From Octopus sinensis (taxonomy: Eukaryota), in contig NW_021834242.1 in NCBI RefSeq assembly GCF_006345805.1, positions 1 through 50,029 on the forward strand: DNA of 50,029 bases, in the 5' to 3' direction. The position numbers and the translations under genes are program-made. Shown here in pieces: positions 25,638-35,964 of this stretch. Each line of letters begins with the position of its first letter. Positions within the stretch are counted from its first letter, which is position 1. Under the pieces are notes generated by a model. The model was given only the letters and a program-made list of their open reading frames with translations. It searched no databases and was not told the DNA's origin.

Positions 25638-26890
25638 GATGTCATCTACCTTGATTTCAGTAAGGCCTTCGACAGGGTCGATCACAAGATCCTATTGAAA
25701 AAACTATCCAACATTGGTGTCTCTGGAAAGTTACTGAAATGGATCAAGTGTTTCCTGACAGACAGATCTCAACATGTTGTAGTTGAAGGGGTAAAATGAA
25801 GCCCAGCCAAAGTCAGTAGTGGCGTTCCGCAAGGCACTGTGCTGGGCCCACTTCTTTTCATCATTTACATTAATGACATTAATGACATCATCAAGCACAG
25901 CAACATAAAAATCTTTGCAGATGATTCCAAGCTACAGAAGGTCATAAATGAGGCGAGTGACCGGACATGCCTTCAGTCAGATCTACTGGCTGTTATCCAA
26001 TGGGCAGAGAAAAACAATATGCTGCTGAACGAGGATAAATTTGAGTTAATCCACTTTGGAAAAGAGGATGCCCTGAAACTCCCATACTCCCTTCCTTCAG
26101 GTGAAACTCTCGCGGCGTCCAACAACATCAGAGACTTGGGAGTAATTGTGGACAGCAACATAAGCTGGGCCACTCATATAAACACCAAAGTTGACATGGC
26201 CCGCAGAATGTGTTCCTGGATTCTCAGAACTTTCCAGTCGAGAGATATCCACACCATTATCCTTCTCTTCTCCACTTTTGCCCGACCCACCTTGAATACT
26301 GTTGTCCACTGTGGTCTCCCCACACAATACAAGGTATCATAAAAGTTGAAGCACCTCAAAGGGCAATCACAAAAAAGATAGATGGCATGACAGGCCTCGA
26401 CTATTGGGGTCGACTAGAAAAGCTAAAACTCTATTCTCTCCAACGTCGTCGTGAGCGCTACATCATCTGCATGATGTGGAAAATATTCCATCAGCATTGC
26501 CCAAATGATGTTGGCATCACCTTTAAGGTACATCCAAGGCTTGGGCCCCGTGCCATCCGCCCAAAACAAAAATCGCACTCTCATCTCATAACAACAATAC
26601 GGCACAATTATTTCACCTCAATTGGCCCCGCTCTCTTTAACATTACACCAAAACACATTAAAACAGAAACTGACCCTATAGGGTTCAAGAAGTCTTTGGA
26701 CAGATTCTTCAAGAAATCCCGGATAAACCCCCTACACCCGGATATGTCTCTGTAAACAATAACTCTCTACTTGAGTGGGCCATCGTGCCCAAATTCTGAC
26801 TTGAAAGACTTCACCAGGTGGTGCTATTAAGTTAGACATGGCCTGGGCCAATAATGGCCGAAACCTATCAAAGTATCAAAGTATCAAAGT
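25638..26890 (+). mobile_element. 5'-truncated CR1-type LINE with (ATCAAAGT)3 tail
   Basis: [42 protein letters not shown] and LYSLQRRRERY; ends cctatcaaagtatcaaagtatcaaagt. Confidence 0.93.
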
Positions 26891-26906
26891 ATATGTATAC
26901 ATATAT

Positions 26907-26961
<55 letters not shown>

Positions 26962-26989
26962 CTTTATTTTAAGCAGCAGAAAATTCAAC

Positions 26990-27037
26990 AAAATCTGTTA
27001 CTCTGAGTTTCTCGTTGCCGTTCATCAGACAGTTTTT
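26990..27037 (-). ncRNA. Minimal type I hammerhead ribozyme motif at the 3' terminus of PLE1
   Basis: Minus strand reads aaaaCUGU-CUGAUGA-aCG-GCAA-CGa-GAAA-CUC-a-GAG-UA^ACAG-auuuu. It has the full CUGANGA/GAAA/NUH core, helix I CUGU:ACAG, stem II with a GCAA loop, and palindromic stem III. Predicted cleavage is between 26999 and 26998. Confidence 0.82.
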
Positions 27038-27165
27038 GCTAGAATGGAACTGATATATCAATTCAATCTATACTCTTACAAACGCTACACCTTTAAAAAG
27101 AAATGGACTTGTTTGATTGGCCCTTTAGAAAAAACGGTCAATATTCGAGCGATAAACAAAAAGGT

Positions 27166-27220
<55 letters not shown>

Positions 27221-28109
27221 AAAAACTTATAAAAATTATAAAATCCGAGGAAAAAACCTATTGACGTTAATGAAGACAATGCAAATTAATGCATAGAAAT
27301 TAAACCTGTTATAAATACTGCAATACATATTTATATTAAAATCTACATATATATATCAACATACACAAAAGGATGCGCGTAAACGCCATACATACATATA
27401 CAGACGTATGAATATAAATCTAAATATACACATAAAAGCATGTGTACATATATTCACGCAAACCGTCTCGCACGCAAGCTAAAATTCATCTATGTAGCAA
27501 TTCTCATATACTGAGCAAGGAGGGGGGGACGAAAGAAAGGGAGAGAGAGAAAAAGGAACGAAGGAGGGGTGGGGAAAACGAAATAAGAAAAAATTATGTA
27601 TACAAGCAGTGTAACGGTATTATTGCATATATAGAGACCAGTATACATACACAAGTTTGAATGGATACATATACACACAGTCGTGTATATGTGTGCTTAA
27701 GCACAAACATACTTTCACTTACACATACACAGATACGCATGCTTACAAATACATATGCTTTGCTATACACATACTTATATAAACATTCTAATTTGACAAC
27801 ATTGCTTTTTTTAAAAAAACATTGCTTTTAAAAATGGGTGCATTAATAAAAATATATACGAAAGACATATAAAATAAAATATAACATCCTATTTTGGGTC
27901 ATTTATAAATAATCAAGGTAATATAAATAATCAAGGTAATCCTATGCAATACAATAACATGAAAACAAGTTTGTAGGTTTTTCCTAATATATATGGAGAA
28001 ACATAAGACTTTGCTATACGGATTAAGATCCGCATAGCTTGGAAACAAAAACAAAATCCATCGTAGCGCTCATCGTTCAAGAGTCAAAATCAAAATCAAA
28101 AATACAAAA

Positions 28110-30259
28110 TATATACCATATCCATATGGTATATTTATATTCGACATTTTAAATTTAGCCGCGTGCCTACATAAGTTCATTAGCTCACTTCTTTGATTCA
28201 AAGAATTATTGTCTTTGAATAAGATGTACATTTTTTCTAATAGACAAAGCTTGCACTTGAAATTATTTTGTATGCTCCATGCCTGTATGGTGCCGCCCTG
28301 TCCAGAATGCTTCATGTCACGTTGAAAGGTGGGGCTTCCTTTTCTTTTAGTTCCCAGACATATTTTGCTAGGCTGGTTTTCTTCCTATTCTCTGGGTATT
28401 TAAATGAATTTTTATGAGAATAAAATCTTGTTTTAAATGAATTTTCTGAAGCCCCTGTGTATGTCTTGTATTCCGATGAGCCTTCCACTTGCACCTTGGC
28501 TCTATAAACTACTCCTTTCACTAGACATTTCCCTTCTAACGGACAGGAGCTTTCGTTTTTGAAATTACATTTCTTAATGGGCTCGGCACCATGTCTAATC
28601 TCAATTAGCTTCCTATTATGTTGGCTAATGTAAGAGGCGAAATTTCTGCAACAAGAATAGCTAACCTTCAGGGTTCTTCTATTAAATATTCTATAGAATT
28701 TATGACCCTGCTTAAAATGCTTAGAGACTAATCTCAAAAATTCCTTACCTATATTAGTCTTTACGGCCAAATTGAAAGCCGGGTTGAACCACAAAACTTT
28801 CCTGGTCCTAGTTCTTCGTGCAGCATTATTATCAGCATTAAGCTGGTTGAACTGGATCTTCTCAGAGAATCCACTATTCTTTAATGAGCTATCGTAATAA
28901 GGTGCAGCATTATGGAATGCTGCCTCGTCCGAAGAAATTGAAGATATTCTTCTACCTACATTGCTGACTAAGTTCCTAAGGATAACTGGTGGATGGTTCG
29001 AATCTTTGCTAATATACGATAGCTTTTCATTGGGCTTACGGAAAGGTTTAAATCTATCCGATCTTACACTAAAATTTACGTCTAAAAAATCTACACTATT
29101 CAGGTTAGCATCTATCGTAACCCGTAAGCCCATCCTTTGAAAGAAAGCTATAAGGTCCTTCCTAAGTCTATCTGATTCATGGCCGTTTAGATTATGCGTG
29201 GCTATAAGGCCGTCATCCCTATATAAACCTGCATCTATAAATGGGAATTCTATTTTTAGATTATGGAGAATAAAGGCTCCTATGAGCATACATAATTCAG
29301 CCCCGTCGTATGCCCCCATCGGTACATCGAAAAGAGAATCCTCAGTCTTCTTAATCCAGGTGGAATCCTCGAAAAAAAGAAGCGATTTCCTCGCATGCAT
29401 AATAATTTCAATTTCCGAGCTATCGATGTTGACATACTGCTTGGCGAAGTCCAATGCCCTTAGGAGCAACGTCCTAGATATTGACGGGTAAAAGTCAATA
29501 ATGTCGAATTGTGTGAAACTACAATTATTCTTATAGCTAATACCTTTAAACCACTCTATGACTGACTTACTATTCTTCCAAATTCTCAAGTGTACTTCAC
29601 TATCTAACTTAACTAAAATACGGTCCAAAATATTTTTGCTAATAATTCCTATCAGAGTTTTAGCCGGATTTATCAATCTACATTTGGGGTTTCTACTAAA
29701 ATTGGCTTTATGGTCTTTCAGAGTAATAAAAGCTGGTCGTGGTGAAAGATATTCAATCCTATCGCTAATCTTAAGATCGTTAGCTATTCCTCTTGCTTCT
29801 AAGTTCACCTCTTTGTATATATTCGTGTTGTCTTTTTTGTATGTGTCCGTGACACTATTCGAAATTAGGCGCTTATAAACGTCCTTATCAAGTGCATATA
29901 AGTTCCTTGTCTTGTCAGAATTAACGAAGATCTTATTCGAGTCGTTAATCTCCTTAATTTTTCTCTCATATTTTTCTGCAATTGGTTGGTATATTTGCGG
30001 AATTTAATTTTCCTAATAAGCTCGAAAAGGTCTTTCTCGAAGGCTTCTAATTCCGAATCGGTGGCGGGTTTCTGGGAGATTTAAATCCATATTTGTTTCC
30101 TTCTATTTTCTGCTTATTATCAAAGAAGAAGGCTTTCCATCTCAATCTTCGAATAAACTCTTCCGTTTTCTCTATAAGACCTTTGAGATATTGTTTCCGT
30201 GCAGGGATAGGTATATTTTTCTGAGAAAAATCCAGCGGGTAAAGTTCCATCTTTTTCAT
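28110..30259 (-). pseudogene. PLE1 RT-endonuclease ORF (disrupted; longest open piece 28312-29808)
   Basis: Frameshifts near 30055, 29960 and 28265; TGA at 28312-28314 where Trp is expected (NVT*SILDRAAPY). Confidence 0.9.
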
Positions 30260-30364
30260 CTGTTTGTTCTTCCTACATGTGCAGAGTCGCTCAAACTTTT
30301 ATAAGGAGCGGGTTACACCGGAGTAAACACATAAATGTGAAACAAGGTGGAAAAAAAGAGTACT

Positions 30365-30403
<39 letters not shown>

Positions 30404-30774
30404 CGTTGAATAAAAACACTTTTAAATATTTTTTGCTGTTTTTATTTTCTCTAATAAATCTGAAATCAGTTATTTCGTCTATGATACGAATACGAAATTA
30501 ACATGACGTTGAAATCGGAATCAAGAGTTTAAACCTTAAACTCCATGTTTAAGTTAAAGATAATGGAAAGACAATGGACTCGATCGATTGTTTTAAAGCA
30601 ATTTGTGTTAAATATTTGGTTTCTGGAAAAAAATTTCATTGAAAGTTACTTTCTACACTCGATATACGAAGGTAAATGAATTACATTTTGAGATTTTTCG
30701 TTTGACTTTGGGAAAAATCACCCCTAGTGATGCTTCGTAACTTGCATAACTATAGAAAAACATTGATAGAGTGA

Positions 30775-30779
<5 letters not shown>

Positions 30780-30821
<42 letters not shown>

Positions 30822-30990
30822 AAGAGAGAGAGAGAGAGAAGCAGATTCTAACAGATAAATAACTTGACAGCAATAGATGAAGTCAGAAGAAGAATAGACA
30901 TACCAGCTAGCAAATACGGAACTATAGCGGCTGAAAATTAGTCTCTGACTTTTCGCAAAGCATTGTGGGATTGTCGTTTCAATTTTAATA
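30780..30990 (+). repeat. Mosaic of dispersed repeats
   Basis: 30780-30915 resembles 35868-36040 ((TA)n(GA)n-gcagatt...gaatagacatacca). 30911-30990 resembles 32761-32840 (aaatacggaactat.gcggctgaaaatt.gt.tctgacttttcgcaaagcattgtgggattgtcgt). Confidence 0.8.
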
Positions 30991-31721
30991 GCGGCAAGTT
31001 TGTAAAAAATATGTGAATTCAACTTCTGGGCTTTAATTTCTCTTCAACTTGGAAATATTTGTCTTGTTTTTTCACTGAAAATTGTTTGTAAGTTAGTGCT
31101 TTTATGAATACATATTGCTTTAAATAGATTTCGATGAATAACATTTGAGAGAAATGAATATCGACTGCCGTCAAAAATATCCCAAAGTTAGTTTTGTTTT
31201 TATTGATAACACACAGAAAAAGATTTGTCCTGCATCTAAAGAAGTCAACAGAAGAATTTCCAGTCATAAATTCTCGAAGTTGCTGTTTATCCTCCACCGA
31301 AAAAGTAAGAATTTATTAATATTATTGTCAAACCATTTATATTCTTAAGTTTTGTGTCAATTATGATGTATAGGGATAAATATATTGATTCTTAAACAAG
31401 AGACTTCTTTCTACCACCTTCACACACACACACACCTTTAAAAATAAGTCTATTACTTCAAATGTTAATGGTTTCTGTTAAGGCTCAGCAATTTTTAAAC
31501 GAGTTCATGACTAGAATTTGGTTTGTCAACTGTTAAAATAACTTTCAGTTCTTTAGACGTTCACATGATTAACAAGGCTAACGTGGGGTGGCTAGAAATA
31601 GCAGTCAAATTACTCTCAGATCCATACAAGATCATGCAATTGTTCAGTCTAGGAGCCCAATAACAAATCAACTTAGTTGTTTATGAAAGGAATCGATATT
31701 TAGAGAGTGAAAACGTGTTTT

Positions 31722-31811
31722 TCTCTCTTTTTTGCTGGAGCACCGACTTTGGTCGAGCAAATCGACCCCAGGACTTATTCTTTGTAAGCCTAGTACTTAT
31801 TCTATCGGTCT
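31722..31811 (-). mobile_element. SINE family 1 fragment
   Basis: gctggagcaccga..ggtcgagcaaatcgaccccaggacttattctttgtaagcctagtacttattctatcggtctc; reverse complement of part of 32452-32620. Confidence 0.85.
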
Positions 31812-32075
31812 CAACACACGTGGACATGCCTACAAAGTCAGAAAACAGCACAGCTCCCATGACTTTCGGAAACATTTTTTCACGCTCAGGGTTGCTGAAG
31901 CGTGGAATAAACTGCCTGCATCAGTTGTTGACTGCCATGACACTGCATCCTTTAAGGCCCTCATGCTTCCCGAAATCCGTCGAAACTACACCTGATTATA
32001 TATACACTTAGATGAGTTGTAGTGCACCTGAGCACTGTACACAATTATTATTATTATTATTATTATTATTATTTA
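31812..32075 (+). mobile_element. 3' 260 bp of the LINE family seen at 18635-19836, with (ATT)n tail
   Basis: Near-identical to the reverse complement of ~18660-18925 (NTRGHAYKVRKQHSSHDFRKHFF...RNYT). Confidence 0.93.
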
Positions 32076-32081
32076 AACACA

Positions 32082-32134
<53 letters not shown>

Positions 32135-32165
32135 ATATATATATATATTATATATATATATATAA

Positions 32166-32305
32166 ACGACGGGCTTCTTCAGTTTCCGTCTACCAAATCC
32201 ACTCACAAGACTATAGTAGAAGATACTTGCCCAAGGTGCCATGCAGTGGGATAGAACCCGGAACCATGTGGTTCGTAAGCAAGCTACTTACCACACAGCC
32301 ACTCA
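32166..32305 (-). mobile_element. tRNA-derived SINE family 2
   Basis: Minus strand gagtggctgtgtggtaagtagc (A-box-like) and ggttccgggttctatccc (B-box-like), then ccttgggcaagt...gtagacggaaactgaagaagcccgtcgt and a (TA)n/(TG)n tail. Confidence 0.85.
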
Positions 32306-32451
32306 TATATATACACATACACACGACTGGTTTTATTCATTATCCAGGAGGGTGGACTGCTAAAAAATGCAGTCAAATCTGGATATGCTAGAAACAGCAG
32401 TCAAATCTCTTATATGGAAATCTTCATGTGTGAGTGTGAGTGTGTGCTAGT

Positions 32452-32620
32452 CACCCACCCCCACATTCGCTTGGAAACCGATGTCGGTGTGTTTATGTCG
32501 ACGAAGCTGAGCGCCTTGGCAAAAAGTGACCGATGGAATAAGTACTAGGCTTACAAGGAATAAGTCCTGGGATCGATTTGTTTCGACTAAAGGCGGTGCT
32601 CCAGCATAGCCGCAGTCAAC
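32452..32620 (+). mobile_element. SINE family 1
   Basis: gtgtttatgtc...gcaaaaagtgaccgatggaataagtactaggcttacaaggaataagtcctgggatcgatttgtttcgactaaaggcggtgctccagcatagccgcagtcaa. Confidence 0.85.
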
Positions 32621-33641
32621 ATGTGGGAAAAAAGTCAAAACTGAAGAAGTTGGGGGGAAAGGCGGGGACAAAGTTTCACAATTCCGATTTTTGGCAATTT
32701 TCCGAAAACGGGGATTTTTGGCAGACACAAAAAAGGAATTACAAATTAATTTACACCGAGGAAATACGGAACTATGGCGGCTGAAAATTGGTGTCTGACT
32801 TTTCGCAAAGCATTGTGGGATTGTCGTCTGTATGATTTCAATGGCGCGAGATTCAGTTTTTTATTGAAATTTTTATTGAATATTGGTCCTGCATAGTGAA
32901 AGAAGTAAGAAAGAAATTATTATTAGACTGGAGAATGATACTCCACATCCCCATTAAGGACTTTTTCGTTTTCAATGTACTCGAGTGTTGTTGTTTCTGT
33001 TATTGTTGTGATGTGTGGTTGCATGTTCGAAATGTAATTAGATAAGTTGTCAACAGACATTCTAACTGATTTGTCAGTCGAGAAGCATACAATCTCTCTA
33101 TTTTTTAATTTGTTATGGCCTTCTTAGTTTTGGTGTCAAGATCACGGGTCTTATTTTTTGTTCGTTTTTGTTTATGCCTTTGGGTGTAATTAGAGAAAGC
33201 TGACAGGAGTTTGGATTTAGTAAGGGTAAACTTTGCTGCACTGGAACGAAAACAATTGCAGCATGGAAGGTGTTTATAAGCCATTTAAGAAACACACAAA
33301 AACCGTTAGATTCACTTTAATATTTAAATTTAATTTGTCAAAATATTTTCGTTGTTTTGAGACTGCGACTTCTTCACTGACAAAATTCCATGCTGCATCT
33401 GAGAAAGTAACAGTTAGTTCATGATATATATGTACGTACGTACGTATGTATGTATATGTGTACATGTATGTGCGCATGCCTATACGCATGTATGTATGTA
33501 CTTATGAGTATTTAGGAGAAATAGACGTGTCTCTGTGTGTATATGTGTATGTACTTGCGAACGTATGTTTATGTAATATGTGTCAGTTCAATTTGTATAC
33601 TTGACTGTTACCTTGCCACTCGCTATGCAAGTACATCTCTT

Positions 33642-33676
<35 letters not shown>

Positions 33677-33677
33677 T

Positions 33678-33713
<36 letters not shown>

Positions 33714-33717
33714 ATAT

Positions 33718-34152
33718 ATATAAAAGGAAATGAAGAAAATGCTGACAAATAATTGAAGTAATTTAAGTAATTTAATTAGGTGAAAGTTCTTTTTACCGGT
33801 TGCGCATTTGTTATGCTTATCAAAATATAAAAGAGAGATTAGAGTTCCTTTCTTATAGAATTTTTCCTCTTATCTGACTTTATGTTGGGTTTGCTGTCTC
33901 TTATATGTGAAAAAAAGAGGCTCCAGAGTTGTTTTGGATTTGCTTGGTTTCGCGCCTAAAATTTTGATTGGTCATTATGAAGGGGTCACGTGAATGTTTG
34001 AATGGAAGTTGGTGTTGGGGTAAGAAAAAAGGCTCCAGAGAAGTTAAAATTTGGCTAGTGTCCCGCCTAAAATTTCTTATTGGCCATAATAAAGAGGTCA
34101 CGTGAATGTTTAGAATTTTCGAAAATAGTGTTGTTGAAAATTCTTATTGTTC
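33718..34152. repeat. Left arm of long inverted repeat
   Basis: Matches the reverse complement of 35399-35835 except for two 1-bp indels that I could see. Confidence 0.95.
33918..34112. promoter_or_regulatory. Duplicated (112-bp period) module: E2F-like site, CCAAT box, CACGTG E-box (mirrored in the right arm)
   Basis: TTTCGCGCC 33948, ATTGG 33967, GTCACGTGA 33985; TCCCGCC 34061, ATTGG 34079, GTCACGTGA 34097. Function is inferred from motifs only. Confidence 0.45.
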
Positions 34153-35398
34153 AGGCTGGTCAGTAGACGTCATGTGGATATTTTAAATAGCTTTTTAGCG
34201 CGTAGTTAGGGAGTGTATTTTCCGCTTGACTGGATAAGTAAGTTCGTTTAGAACAGGGAGAGCTGTATGCATGTATGTGTGTGCGCGCGCGCGCGCGTGT
34301 GTGTGTTATATGTATGTTGGGGCGCGCGCGCGTGTATATATGTGTGCGTGTGTGGGTACAATTTTCAATATTTATAGTTCTGCTGGCCTTGTGCCTGTAT
34401 CGGGAAGCAACGTATTTGTGTGAAGTCAATATTTACAGCCATTTCCAAAAAATAGTGTTGGATGTTTTGCACCCGTATTCAATTATGTGTATGTGTGGAA
34501 CCATATATTTGTGTGTGTCATGGTGTTAATATCTGGGTAAAGGTGTGTGTAGGGTGTGTGCAGGTGTAAGTGTGTTTGTTGTGGGTTCGTGTTAGGGGCA
34601 TGTGTTTAGAAGTGGTCTGTATTTATTAATAAGGTGGGATTCCATGGTTATTCGCTGGGTATGAGTGGCATTGTCTTTAAATTTGTAGAGGGGAAAGATT
34701 CTAAAATTGGGATGGAGTTGTGCGGCACAGGTATCAATATGTGCACTAAATGCTATTTTTCTATATTCCTGTATTTTTATTTGGGATCTGTGGACAGTCA
34801 TGCGTTGGCGGAGGCTATTTTTTGTTTGGCCTATGTAGTGTTCATTACAGCCCGAGCAAGTTAAGACATATACTAGGTTTTCTGATGCGCATGTGAAGTT
34901 GTGTTTTACTGTGAAACGTTGTCCTTGTTTAAAAAGGAATCCGGACCTTCTATTAGGTTGATGCATATACCACAGTTGGGTCTATTGCATTTGTTTACTG
35001 TGGGTTTAGTTGTTGTGGTTGGCAGTACTTTGGCATTTGTTAGGATGGTTTTCAATGATTTGGGTTGCCTTTTGCTCTTATGATTTCGTGTGTTAGGAGG
35101 ATTTGGTTCATTCTATGGTCCTTTTGTAATACAGGAATGTTCTGGAGGATGGTGTCAAAAGCTTCATTGTTGAGGGGGTTGTGTGTAGAGATGTATGGTA
35201 GAGTATGGGGTTTCGATGTAACAGGTTTAGGGCGTCTAAGTTCCTGCGTGCTGAGTTTTAGGGCGCGTTGGATCCCATTGTCAATTAGTGACGTGGGGTA
35301 ATCCCTGCTTGTTAATGTGCCCTTGAGTTCTTGTAGACGTAAGAGACGGGTGTTTTTATTGGAGACTATAGTGCAAATTCTCTTGGCTAAGTTGTAGG

Positions 35399-35835
35399 GA
35401 ACAATAAGAATTTTCAACAACACTATTTTCGAAAATTCTAAACATTCACGTGACCTCTTTATTATGGCCAATAAGAAATTTTAGGCGGGACACTAGCCAA
35501 TTTTAACTTCTCTGGAGCCTTTTTTCTTACCCCAACACCAACTTCCATTCAAACATTCACGTGACCCCTTCATAATGACCAATCAAAATTTTAGGCGCGA
35601 AACCAAGCAAATCCAAAACAACTCTGGAGCCTCTTTTTTTCACATATAAGAGACAGCAAACCCAACATAAAGTCAGATAAGAGGAAAAATTCTATAAGAA
35701 AGGAACTCTAATCTCTCTTTTATATTTTGATAAGCATAACAAATGCGCAACCGGTAAAAAGAACTTTCACCTAATTAAATTACTTAAATTACTTCAATTA
35801 TTTGTCAGCATTTTCTTCATTTCCTTTTTATATAT
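35399..35835. repeat. Right arm of long inverted repeat
   Basis: Reverse complement of 33718-34152. Confidence 0.95.
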
Positions 35836-35875
35836 CACCACTCGTGTTCGACATCTCCTTTTTTTAAATATATAT

Positions 35876-35964
<89 letters not shown>

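Larger units (their letters stand above)
26961..30368 (-). mobile_element. Near full-length Penelope-like element (PLE1): RT plus C-terminal GIY-YIG, between two (TA)n tracts
   Basis: N-terminus FSQKNIPIP..LIEKTEEFIRRLRWKAFFF (30259 downward); RT KCRLINP, FDIIDFYPS, VPMGAYDGAE and GLYRDDGL; GIY-YIG VVYRAKV..YTGASENSFKTRFYSHK; C-terminal CKLCLLEK..RSELMNLCRH. About three frameshifts and one in-frame TGA. Confidence 0.93.
33718..35835 (-). mobile_element. Fold-back Penelope-like element (PLE2): 3' part of RT plus GIY-YIG between ~435-bp inverted repeats
   Basis: Minus-strand PYNLAKRICTIVS...DYPTSLIDNGIQRA (35395-35100) and NFTCASENLVYVLTCSGCNEHYIGQTKNSLRQRMTVHRSQI (34592-34900). Arms 33718-34152 and 35399-35835 are reverse complements. 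Confidence 0.92.

Noticed and set aside
27905-27940. 18-bp tandem duplication ataaataatcaaggtaat
   Set aside because: An isolated micro-duplication with no intervening element; no further significance can be supported.
28312-28314. In-frame TGA in PLE1 as selenocysteine, as described for some Naiad PLEs
   Set aside because: It falls at an expected Trp (TGG to TGA is one transition), the ORF also has frameshifts, and the domain order is canonical (C-terminal endonuclease), not Naiad-type.
33718-35835. DNA transposon or MITE with long TIRs
   Set aside because: The interior encodes PLE RT and GIY-YIG, and one arm is fused inside the ORF, so fold-back PLE structure explains it better.
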